Shown here piece by piece: positions 12,596 to 24,378 of a stretch of 64,000 bases of DNA; the first letter of the stretch is position 1; each line of letters starts with the position of its first letter. A program made the translations under genes and the position numbers. The notes beneath the pieces were generated by a model. The model was not told the DNA's origin, searched no databases, and saw only the letters and a program-made list of their open reading frames with translations. Source of the DNA: Eledone cirrhosa. Its lineage: Eukaryota. Location: positions 262,756,001-262,820,000 of the forward strand of contig OZ024743.1 in NCBI GenBank assembly GCA_964016885.1, in the 5' to 3' direction.

Positions 12596-13043
12596 TATAA
12601 GTATGTACACGTACATACATATATCTATACAGACGTACAGTAGTATGTATATATATATACATACATGCATACATATATATATGTACGTATGGATTCACCG
12701 AACATTTATTATAATGGTCGGTGTGTTTGTAAACAAACATCCCGTATTAATATGCATAAGGTAAGTATATACGTTCAACAATCTGGCAGGAAGGTATACG
12801 TTGCTGACGATATCTAATAAGCTTGAAACTAGTACAGCGTTCCTTTGTCAGTGTTGAACAAACGAGCAACGATGGTTGCTAGACACTACGGCTTAATACG
12901 GGATGTTTGTTTACAAACACACCGAGCATTATAATAAATGTTCGGTGAATCCATACGTACATATATATATGTGTGCATGTATGTATATATACATACTACT
13001 GTACGTCTGTATACATATATGTATGTACGTGTACATACTTATA
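12596..13043 (+). mobile_element. Fold-back element (~155-bp arms 12596-12750/12893-13043) with hammerhead in spacer
   Basis: Near-perfect inverted arms including GGATTCACCGAACATTTATTATAATG. Confidence 0.82.
12791..12845 (+). ncRNA. Minimal type I hammerhead ribozyme motif
   Basis: ACGTTG-CTGACGA-TATCTAATAAGCTT-GAAA-CTAG-TA-CAGCGT; palindromic stem III; stem I extended by AAGG/CCTT; stem II partly mismatched. Confidence 0.75.
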
Positions 13044-13133
13044 TATATAAATATATGACACACACACGTCTTTAATTTAAGAACGCCGACAAACTCACGC
13101 GTGCGCACATACACACACTGTCTTATTACCACT

Positions 13134-13557
13134 TAAGAGCTTTGGCCCAGGCAAACATCCCCTCAATTTTGGAACTGCCTGGGTTGTCCAGAATTGATGG
13201 GAAAAGACCTACAGTCTTACCCTGTGCCCCTGGTCAAGAGGCAGGTGCCTTATCTGGGATGTCACAGTAAGTGACTCTTTTGCTTCCTCCCACATCCTGG
13301 ATGCAGCGGTAAGGGCGAGATACAGCATCCACAGCTGAACGGAACAGAATCTTAAAATACTGTGATCTGTTGGCTAACTACATTTTTCATCCTGTGGCAT
13401 TCGAGGCGTTTGGGGGAGTCGGGCTACTTACTGCGAGGTTCTTATCTTCACTGGTGGCTCGCCTAACAGAGGTAACTTGTGAAACTCGTGAGGGCACTTA
13501 ATTATTCCAGCACCACAGCCTCACCATCACCTAAGGTAACGCTGCGAGCATGCTGGT
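13134..13557 (+). mobile_element. CRE-clade 3' fragment (restriction-like endonuclease domain)
   Basis: Translation RALAQANIPSILELPGLSRIDGKRP..PWSRGRCLIWDVTV..LKY..FHPVAFEAFG..GNAASML. Confidence 0.82.
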
Positions 13558-13744
13558 TTCCGAATGCTCCTCGCTATATTGATATCTTTTGCTCCGCTAG
13601 CGGCTTGGTTGTTCATCCTTTTGCTTGCCTTTTGTTGTATGTGATCCTAGATGTGTGTGCTACCTGCTTCTGTGTTTTTTCTCTTCTTTTGTTCCTTTTC
13701 CTTTCCTTTGTATATATTATATTTGTTTATGTTTTCGTTCTGTA

Positions 13745-13880
13745 AGCATTGTACTTGCCATTCTGAGTTCAAATCCCGCCGAGGTTAACTTTGCCTTTCA
13801 TCCTTACGGGGTCAATAAAATAAAGTACCAGTAATGTACTGAGTAATTGCTGGCCTTGTGCCAAAAAGTAGAACCAATTA
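13745..13880 (+). mobile_element. tRNA-derived SINE, partial
   Basis: B box GAGTTCAAATCC, core and tail GCCTTGTGCCAAAAAGTAGAA. Confidence 0.85.
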
Positions 13881-13930
13881 TATTTTTTACACAACTGTGA
13901 ATAAACCTGTAACAACAAATGAGTTAAAAA

Positions 13931-14182
13931 TGTGATTAGAAAAAGCTACTTCACTTACCGCTTATTGCTGGCAGCGGTAATCTAATGGCTGGTTTCTCCT
14001 CTCCCACGTGCGTACAATCCAACTCGTTAACCGGGAGCTCTAAAACTGACGTCCACCACCTTCGCTGACCACGCTAGAGAGAGGCAGACCTGCTGGCCCT
14101 TCCGGTCGAGCACCCTTCTGGTCAAGCACTCTTCCGGTCGAGCACTCCCCAGCCTCCGGCCACCGCACACCACACCCACACG
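13931..14182 (-). repeat. 3' LTR
   Basis: Direct repeat of 17002-17274; adjacent C-run is the minus-strand polypurine tract. Confidence 0.92.
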
Positions 14183-16989
14183 CCCCCCCCCCCCCTGATC
14201 TCAAGGATCAATTTCCCCCTCGTCCTGCTGCATATGAAAGTCTGCTGTCTATATTGGTTGTTTGCGAATTCTTTGCAATCTCTGCAGTGTTGGGGCGGCA
14301 CTTTGGGTTTCCTCTTCCTCGGAGTCCGTTGACACAGTAATTCTACGGACATCCAGGACATGACGCGGTACTCCGTCCACGGACACATTGTTCTTTGAAT
14401 TTACGGCCGTCACTGTTCCCCTTCCTCATTGAGATGTGCAACGTGCATCTGGGGGCTTAACCCAGACTTTTCGCCCACCTGCACAAATGCATTCTCTCTC
14501 TCCACTGGCCGTTGTGGTGGCGTGCACGGGTGCCGCCACTCGTATCTGAATACTGCTCTGTGTAGCACCGATTCCTCAACCTGTCCCACCCGAGGAGACA
14601 TGTTGTACCAGAACACTGCCTCCATTGGTGAGATGTGGCCTCGCTACGCCATTGCTTTGATTGTCCGGTGGTGTCGCTCCACGATTCCATTTCCGCTCGG
14701 CCTGTAGGCTGCTCTAAAGAAGTGGTCCACCTTCCATCCATCGAGCATCTCCCTCAGCGCCTGCGAGCGGAACGCTGCGCTGTTGTCCATCAACAGTTCG
14801 TCCACAGGGCCCCGCTCCAAGAACACCTCTCCCAACGTCCGCGTGATTTCCTCGGCCGTTCCAGTCTTCATCTCCCTCCATATCGCCATCCGTGCCGGTC
14901 CACAGTCGATCATTGAGAGGTATGTTCCTTGTCGGCAGTGTGTTACATCCACCGCCAATCGCGATCCACCGGGAGGCGTCCTGTTTCGTGCACACCCGGG
15001 GCGGGATCAATGGACTGACATCGGATGCAGCCTCTAACCACTCTTTGAACACTGTGTCTGCTAACGTCCGAGTCGATTCTCCTGGCTAGGAACAGGCTCC
15101 TATCCACTCCCATGTGGTGCATGTCATGCAACCCTTTCAGATCCGACTCGGTCAGCCGACACACGGCAGCTATCTCCTCTTCTACATCCTCCGGCGCTTC
15201 CATCCAGGCTTTCTTCACCCTGGTTTAAACGTCCGCCCTATTTTTCTCTGAGGCGACGAAAACTACGCTCAGCCTCAGATCGAACTCGGTGGCCAGCTCT
15301 CCTAAAATTCCCAGGCAGCGCTTTATCAGCATCTCCACCGCCCCTCTCGTTCGCACTCTCTTCTCACTGGTGAGCACTGATCTCACCCATCCGAGTACAG
15401 TAGCCGAGTCGGTGCGAATCTCGATGGTGCGCAGTCCCCACTTCAGGGCGAGGTTCACCCCTCTCAACACCACGTCCAGTTCGGCCACATTGATGTGATT
15501 GCAATCGTCTTTCTTCCTAAGCGAAGCTGCATCCTCAACCTCAACACCTCCTATCTCTAACGTGACACCTAGCGCTATGTTGCTGGCATCGCACCATACG
15601 GTCCCGCTCTGCGCTTTGGGAACATACCAGCCTCCCCGCACTGGGTCGTCTTCACCCTCTCCAGCATCATGGCCACCGGCCTCTCTCCCACTCTGTCACC
15701 CCGCCCGCTCGTCTCTTGACATAGCTGCATGCCGTCCGGAGCCACCCAGCAATCGGGTATTGACTCACCAACTTTCCACACGCCGAGAAAAGCTCCCGCC
15801 TACTCACACTTGGGCCCAGTTCTGGAACTTCATTTCCCTCTGGAATACTAACATGCCCGTCCTGTCTCGCCGTAGCCTAAGTCCCAGCCCGGCTCCTCCC
15901 TCCAACGCTTCTGACGGCTTTGCATTATTTTCTTTCCCCGTACCGCCATCTCCACCTCGCTGCGACCTCGGCATTCAATTTTCCTACCGTCGACTGCGCT
16001 TACTCTGCTCTTCCCTCTCCACCTCTTCGCCACCCCCGCGGTCACCAGTGTCGTTGTACAGCCCGTGTCGACGAGGGCTTGCTGTGGCTTTCCTCTCATG
16101 AAGACTTTCACCACGGGCAGCGCCTCTATTCGCAAGGGGCAGCTACCGGCGCAGTAGTTCCCCTTGGATCGTTTCCCTGGTTGCAGCTAGTAGCGATGTG
16201 GCCTGGTCGCTTACACGGGTAGTATATTTTGCCCGGCCTTTGTCTCTCTACAGTCTCTCACCATGTGCAGGCCCTGGCACCTAAAACAACGACCTCTAAA
16301 CGTTAGCGGGCGACCGCGTGCCGTGGTTGCCTCCCTTTCACCATTTCGCTGCCGGCTGCCTTGGGCCTCTGTCATTTCTATCGCCGCAACACTCTTCTTG
16401 GCATCTTCTGCTATGATGCGAACTTGCTCCACCAGTGTACGCATCTCCATTACCTTGTAACCCGGGACTTGCTACAGTTTCACCGCTATGTCGTCTTTAA
16501 ATCCATTTATGAACGCCAACCGCACCGTGCGTTCGCATTTCACCTGATATCCAGCCAGCATGGCCAATCGCCGTATTTCCGTTGCGAAAATGTCAACGCG
16601 GTCACCGTTCCATCTAATCCTTGCCAGCTTAGCAAAAGCGGCTAACGGTCCTTCCGCGAACGCTTCCATCATACACCTCTCAATCATCCCTTTGGCTGTG
16701 TTCATCTATCTCTAGGAAGAGTGCCAACGCATCCCCTTCGAGGTACAGTACCATGAGGCTAACCACATCTTCTATCTTCTGTAAGCTTGCGACCAGCCGC
16801 ACTTTTCGCAACCAGGCGACAACATCGCCTTCACCGGTAAATGCTCTAATCGCTTCTCCGCTCATTCGTAATCTCGTCGCCATATCCTAATTTTGTCCTG
16901 CTGTAAGTAATAAAAAACAACAGACTCCTCTCTGTTTTCCAGTAGCTATGTTTTCGAGAAAGTTCTTTTTTTTTTTATCGTCTTCCAGT

Positions 16990-17001
16990 GCCGAAATAGC
17001 T
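16990..17001 (-). promoter_or_regulatory. Primer-binding site complementary to the 5' 12 nt of tRNA-Phe
   Basis: Plus strand GCCGAAATAGCT equals the 5' end of animal cytosolic tRNA-Phe(GAA) and abuts the 5' LTR. Confidence 0.8.
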
Positions 17002-17274
17002 TGTGGTTAGAAAAAGCTACTTCACTTACCGCTTTTTGCTGGCACCGGTAATCCAATGGCTGGTTTCTCCTCTCCCACGTGCGTACAATCCAACTCGTTA
17101 ACCGGGAGCTCTAAAACTGACGTCCACCACCTTCGCTGACCACGCTAGAGAGAGGCAGACCTGCTGGCCCTTCCGGTCGAGCACCTTTCCGGTCAAGCAC
17201 CTTTCCGGTCAAGCACTCTTCCGGTCGAGCACTCCCCAGCCTCCGGCCACCGCACACCACACCATACCCACACA
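17002..17274 (-). repeat. 5' LTR
   Basis: Direct repeat of 13931-14182 with one extra internal TTCCGGTCAAGCAC unit. Confidence 0.92.
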
Positions 17275-17522
17275 AAAAATAGTTAAACTTAGTTGAGAAT
17301 AAATAAACAAAAAGTTATACTTCATTTTACCCTCCCATTTCCAAATTTATCGAACGCTGCTATCATGCTGTGTGTGAGTATATGTGTATGCGTGTGTTTG
17401 TGTAAATGTATGTGTGTGTGTGTGAATGTATGCATGTGTTTATATAAAAGTATGTGTATTTGTATGAATGTATGTCTGTGAGTGTGTGTCTGTGTTTGAA
17501 AAAATCCTAATCTCTTCATCTT

Positions 17523-17639
<117 letters not shown>

Positions 17640-20600
17640 TTTAGTACAGCATTAACGAAGCTTTAGTTTGCGGCCAAGCTAACGAATGCAAATTCGGTAT
17701 GTAGCTTTAGCACTCGGATGGGAATAGTACCCCAGAGTAATAACAATACGTTTAAACAGCTTAGCAAATCAAATATAGCGATCGGCAGTCCAGCTGCATT
17801 ACCACAGCAACGAAAATACAGGACGCAGGAAAAGATTTTAGACTGACCTGGACAGAACGTTGGGACTGAATGGAATACATAATGCATATCGTATAGCACA
17901 CGATATACATCACACACAGCACACAACATCAGCGCTAGGTTTCTGCAAATCCAAGATCGACAAATTCCGCTTGCAGGGGTCGGCAAGTTAATGGTTTTTG
18001 GCGACAGAACAAAGGATTTACTTCTTCAGCAAGTCTTGTGTTCTTTAGCCTCTGCGGGTATGTTCTAGCAGTGAATTTCGCTATACTCGGGTGGTTTTCT
18101 CCAAGGGAGGTAACCCCCGCTTTGGCGGTGAATTCAAATTTGAGACAAAGGAATGAAATTCCTTTAAACAAACCGAATTAAGCACTCAACCAGAAGTTAT
18201 CAAACAAACATAAACAATTAATCAATATATATATATATCTGTCACATAGAAAACATAAGATGAAGTGATGAAGATCAGACTTTGGAAGTTGCACCATAAA
18301 GACTGATGACATACGTTACTGGAGATGACCTGTCAACGGGTGTAAATGAAAGACACCCAATATATCCTTACTAATCCCACCCTTCCTCAATCTCTGCTAT
18401 GGTATCTGCTATATCCTTATATGCTTTCCCTACCCCCATCTAACACATCCATTATGCCGCGACTATGTAGAAGATGTGGTTTCTTGCTCCTTCATAATTT
18501 ACACCTCCACCATCGCTATTTAGCAACAATTCTCATCATTCCTATCTCAACCACTTTCTTCTACATTACTCAAACAACTTTACTACCTTACATAACTCTG
18601 TCAAATCCCACCACACCTGTCATAAACTCATGACAACATACTTGTTGTTCATGTTAGACACCTCCTCCAATTCCTCTAACCAAACGTGTCTGTCGTGGGA
18701 TAAATCTCCATCTCCCAGTTTAAGTGCTACCAAAATAAAAAAGCACTTGGTACATTCCATGAAGTGGATGACACTAAACAGCTAACTGTAGTTTTGAATG
18801 AAGAGGAGGTTCCCCTATTTAGCTGCTATTTCTAATTCATCTATCGACCACCATGGGGTTCCAGCAATTGAGCTGCTTTTTCTAGCACAGCTATAGATGA
18901 CCATGAGGTTCCCCTATTTAATTGCTATTTCTAGTACACCTATGGATAACAATGTGGTTCCCCTTATTTAACTGTTATTTCTAGCACACATATAGACAAG
19001 AATGAGGTTCCCCCTATTTAACTGCTATTTCTAGAACACCTAAAGACCAGCATGAGGTTCCCCCTGCTTAGCAGATGTAGTTGCTATTTTTAACAAACCA
19101 ATACACTACAATGAGGTTATCCCTATTTCGATGCTATTTCTAGCATACCTATGGACTACCACGAGGATCCTACTATTTAGCTGCTATTCCTAGCATAACT
19201 ATTAAATACCCTAAGGTTACCAGTAAGCTGCTATTTCTAGCACACCTATGGACCAACATGAGGTTCCCTCTATTCAGCTGGTATTTCTAGCACACCTATG
19301 GACATCAATAAGGTTCCTCCTGTTTACCTGTTATTTCTAACACATCTATGGACCACCAAAAAGTTTCCCCTGCTTAGCTGATGATTTCTAGCAAACATAC
19401 AGACTACAATAAGGTTTCCCTATTTGGCTGCTATTTCTGGCATGCCTACGGACCACCCTCAAGTTTCCAAAATTTAGCTACTTTTTCTAGCACACCAATA
19501 GACCACCATGAGTTCCCCCAAAATTAAGCTACAATTTCAAACACATTTATGGAAAACCATGAAGTTTCCCCCATTCAGCTGCTATTTTTTAGAACACCTG
19601 TTGACCACAATGAGTTTCCCTCTTTTTAGCTGCTCTTTCTAGCATACCTAGGAACCACTATGACGTTACCCTATTTAGCTACTATTTCTAGCACAATTAT
19701 AGACCTCCATAAGGTTCCCCCTATTTAGTAGCTATTTCTATCATGCTTATGGATCACCATGAGTTTCCCTCTATTTAGCTACTCTTTCAGCATACCTATT
19801 GACCTTTATGAGGTTCCCCTATTTAGCTGCTATTTCTCGCACACCTATGGACCACCATGAGGTTTCCCAACTTTAGCTACTATTTCTAGCACACTTATTG
19901 ACCACCTTGCGGCTCCCTTAATTTTGCTGCTATTTCTTTCACACCTATGGACCTCCAAGCTGGTCAACTTGTTTAGCTGATGTAGCTGCTATTTCTAGCA
20001 AGCCTTTGGACCTCCATTCGGTTCCTTTTATTTAGATGCTATTTCTCGCACACGTAGAGACCTCCATGAGGTTTCCCAAATTTAGCTACTATTTCTAGCA
20101 CGCCTATGGTCCACCATGAAGTTTCCCAAATGAAGCTATTATTTCTACCAAACCTATGGACCACTTTATGGTTCCCTTAATTTAGCTGCTATTTCTCGCA
20201 CACCTATGGACAACTATGTGTTTCCACCTATTTAGTTGATTCAGCTGCTACTTTTAGCACATCGATGGACCATCATGGCGTTAACCAAATATAACTACTA
20301 TTTCTAGCGGAACTATGCACCACCATGAGGTTCCCTCTATTTAGCTGCTATTTCTAACACACCTATGGATCACCATGAGGTCCCCTATTTAGCTTCTATT
20401 TCTAGCACACCTATGGACCACCATAAGTTTTTCCCCAAATTTAGCTACTATTTCTAGCCCATCTATTGACCACCATGAGCTGCTATTTCTAGCACACTTC
20501 TGGCCCTCCATGAGGTTTCCCAAATTTACCTACTATTTGTAGCTCGCACATGGACCACCAAGATGTTCCCCTACTTAGCTGCTATTCTAGCACATCTATG

Positions 20601-22689
20601 GACCAACATGAGGTTCCCCAAATTTAGATACTATTTCTATCACATCTATCGACGACCGTGAGGATCTCCCTATTTAGCTGCTATTTCTAGCACACTTCTG
20701 GACCTCCATGAAGTTTCCTAAATTTAGCTACGATTTCTAGCACGCACATGGGCCATCAAGTGATTTCCCCTGTTTAGCTGATGTTTCTGCTATTTCTAGG
20801 AAACCTTTATACCATCATGCGGTTCCTTTTATTTAGTTGCTATTTCTAGCACACCTATCGACCATCATGAGGTTACCCATATTTAGCTGCTATTTCCAGC
20901 ACACATAAGGACCACCATGACATTCCCCTTATTTAACTGCTGTTTCTAGCACACCTATGGACAACCACGAGGTTCCCTTTTAGTTGAATCAGCTGCTATT
21001 TTCAGCACATCTATGGACCATTTCCCAAACTTAGCTACAGTTTCTAGCACAGCTATGCACCACATTGTGGTTCCCCTTAATTAGCTTCTATTTCTAGCAC
21101 ACCTATGGACCACCATGAGGTTCTCCCTATTTAGATGCTATTTCTAGCACACTCCTGTTTAGCTGATGTAGCTGCTATTTCTAGGAAACCTGTGGACCAC
21201 CATGTGGTTCCTTTTAATTAGCTGCTATGTCTAGCGCACCTATGGATCACCATGAGGCTCCCTTAGGTTTTTAGCACACCTATGGACCATTAGCTCGATC
21301 CCCTTGTTTAGCTGATGTAACTGCTATTTATAGCACACCTTAGAACCACCAGTAGATTCCTTTTATTTAGCTGCTATTTCTAGCACACCTATTAAAAACC
21401 ACGAGGTTCCCCTCTCATTGACATTATTTCTAGCACACTTATGGACCACCATTAGGTTCCCTCTATTTAGCTACTTTTTCTAACACACCTACGGACCAAA
21501 ATGAGGTTTCCCAAATTTAGCTACTATTTCTAGCACACCTATAGACCACCAAGTGGTTCTCTTGTTTTGCTGATGTACATGCTACTTCTAGAACACCTTT
21601 TACCACCACGAGGTTCCTTTTATTTAGCTGCTGTTTCTAACACAACTATGGACCTCCATGAGGTTTCCCTTATTTAGCTACTATTTCTAGCACGCATGTG
21701 GACCACCAAGTGGTTTCCCCTGTTTAGCTGATCTGGCTGCTATTTCTAGGAAACATTTCTAGCACATCTATGGACCAGCATGGGTTTCCCCATATTCAGC
21801 TGCTATTTCAAGCGAACCTATTGACCACTATGAAGTCCCCTGTAAAGATGATGTAGCTGCTAATTCTAGCGTACCGATGGACAACTATAAGGCTTCCTCC
21901 TATTTAGCTACTATTTCTAGCACACCTATGGACCACCACGAGGTTCTCCCTAGTTAGCTGCTATTTCTAGCACAATTCTGGACCTCCATGAAGTCTTTCA
22001 AATTTAGCTACTATTTCTAGCATGTACATGCACCACCAAGTGGTTTCCTCAGCTTAACTGATGTAGATGCTATTTCTAGTACATCTAAGGACCACCATGA
22101 CGTTCGCCTCATTTAGCTGCTATATCTTATTTAGTGGATTCAGCTGCTACTTTTAGCACATTTCAAGGGTTTCCAAAATTTAGCTACTATTTCTAGCGCA
22201 GCTATGGACCACAATGATGTTCCCCAAATTTAGTTACTATTTCTAGCACACCTATGTACCACCATGAAGTTCCCTCTCTTTAGCTGCTATTTTGTAGCAC
22301 ACCTATGGACAACAATGATGTTTCCTAAATTTAGCTACTATTTCTAGCACACCGATGTACCACATGTTGTTCCCTTAATTTAGCTTCTATTTTTAGCACT
22401 CCTACGGACCATTAGCTCGATCCCTTGTTTAGCTGATGTAACTGCTATTTCTAGCACACCTTAGGACCAGCACGAGGTTCCTTTTATTTAGCTGCTATTT
22501 CTAGCACACCTATTAACAACCATGAGGTTCCCCCTATTTAGCTGCTTTTTCTAGCGCACCTATGGACTAAAATGAGGTTTCCAAATTTAGCTACTATTTC
22601 TACAAAGCAATACTTGTGGTTCCCTTGTGGTTTATAGGTTTGTTAAAAGTAGCATTATTGTGGCCAATAAACGAAATCATTATTTTGGA

Positions 22690-24172
22690 AGGAGAGGCAA
22701 GTCCATGCCGTCCGACAGCTTCGTGGGGCGTTGGACGGACGGACCGGTTAAATTGCTCGGGGTCTGGTTCGGACCGGACCTCCAGATGGAGAAAAACTGG
22801 AACGAGGTGACGAGCAGGGTGGCCTCCCTCACCCAGAAATGGGCTGAGAGGAAGCTGTCCCTGAAAGGCCGGGCGGAAGTGGCGAATGCGTACATCGCAT
22901 CCGTCATCTGCTACCGCCTCACCGTCGTCCCTTGCTCCAGCCCAACTCTCACCAAAATGGAACGCCTCCTCTTCCGCTTTTTGTGGAAGGGACGCGCTCC
23001 CATGGTCAGACGATCCATCTGCTGTCAACACCCGTTGCGTGGAGGACTGGGCATGCCATGGCTGATGATGCGCAAACATGCGCTGAGGCTGCGACATCTC
23101 TGGTGCTTCCTTGATGGTCGCCGTTCGCCAGGCACGTTTTCCCACAGCTCGTCTCCTTGACGGAGCTGCAGTCCTGGGTCAGAAAAAGACCGAGGGATAG
23201 CGCTTGGAAACTGGAATGTCTCCAGGCGCTCACTGCCAGTATCCACCTAAGCGTTCTATAGTGGAGGGGAAGAGCGACGACATTCTCGGAGAGATCCTGG
23301 GCGTCGAAGAAGATCAGCTGTTTGCTCTCTTCCGGAGAACTTTCAGCCCGGGGCCTATGGATAACTTCCAAAAATCCCTGGCCTGGCAGTGCTACCGGGG
23401 AGCGCTGCCGGTTCGAGATAAGCTCTACAGGCACGGAAGTGCCGTCAACCGAGCCTGTCCGAGATGCGCGCAGAGCGACGAAACCGTTGTGCACGCACTC
23501 GTTCAGTGTCCGAGCATTGCTGACTTGTGGAGCTATGTCGAACAGTTGCTGTCACGTGTGGGACTGATCCGGTTGTCGACTGAGTCCATTGTGCAGATGT
23601 CCTCGCCGTCTTCCTTCGAGGAGGAAGGGCAGGCGGTTTTTATCTGCCTGGTGGCCATGGCGAAAGAGATTGTGTGGTGGACAAGGTTAAAAGGGTTAAA
23701 GACAAACACTTTCCTCTTCGGCGAATCCCTAATTAACTTTTTCAAGTTTCACTTGAAGAGGAAAATCAGGGTGGAGAGGCAAGTGCTGCTTTCTCGCAAG
23801 TTTGTTGAAAGGTGGGTGAATGTAGCGAGAATGGTCCGAGTGAACGGACCATTCTGAATATACGTCTGTAGTTTGAGAGATGGAAAAATTGAGAGAGGGC
23901 GCTTGTCCTGGTGGTCAGGGTGGCCGTGGTCTTTTGTGTGGTTTTCGTCACGAGTAACCCTCGGAGGTTTCCCACCTATTGGGGAATTTTTCATTGTTTC
24001 AATTTTCATTTTTATTGTTTATATATATATATGTTTCTATGTCCTTTTTTTTCTTTTCTTATATAAATAATAAAAATATTTACTCGCACAAACCCACATT
24101 GTACCGTCCTGTACCGTCCTGTGGCGTCTGTAATGTTCTTCTTGATGTCAGCCCTTGTGGCCAATAAAGAAA
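22690..24172 (+). mobile_element. 5'-truncated Tx1/L1-type non-LTR retrotransposon (ORF2 C-terminus + 3' UTR)
   Basis: VKLLGVWF, LSLKGRAEVAN, RFLWKG, RGGLGMP; CCHC knuckle CPRCAQSDETVVHALVQC; AATAAA near the 3' end. Confidence 0.9.
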
Positions 24173-24185
24173 TCATTATTTTGGA

Positions 24186-24378
24186 AGGTGGAAGGTGGAA
24201 TCATTATTTTGGCAGTATCGGTAGAGGGTCGGACGCCATGCTTTGACGCATTGCCATTCTGAGTTCAAATCCCGCCGAGGTTGACTTTGCCTTTCATCCT
24301 AACGGGGTCAATAAAATAAAGTACCAGTAATACCCTGAGGTAATAGCTGGCCCTGTGCCAAAAGTAGAAACAATTATT
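24186..24378 (+). mobile_element. tRNA-derived SINE with stuttered 5' junction
   Basis: TGGCAGTATCGG, GAGTTCAAATCC, core and tail. Confidence 0.87.

Larger units (their letters stand above)
13931..17274 (-). mobile_element. LTR retrotransposon with Gypsy-like domain order, RT deleted
   Basis: LTRs 13931-14182 and 17002-17274; TG...CA outer ends; AAAAA TSD; poly-G PPT; gag with zinc knuckles (CFRCQGLHMVRDC), protease ALVDTGC, RNase H (WCDAS, HINVAEL, TDS, NRAD), integrase (HDMHH..CIRC, AVDVTH, MDNS, GIVER). Confidence 0.93.

Noticed and set aside
18300-18350. Hammerhead-like CTGATGA / CTGGAGA words
   Set aside because: No correctly placed GAAA, stem III and stem I.
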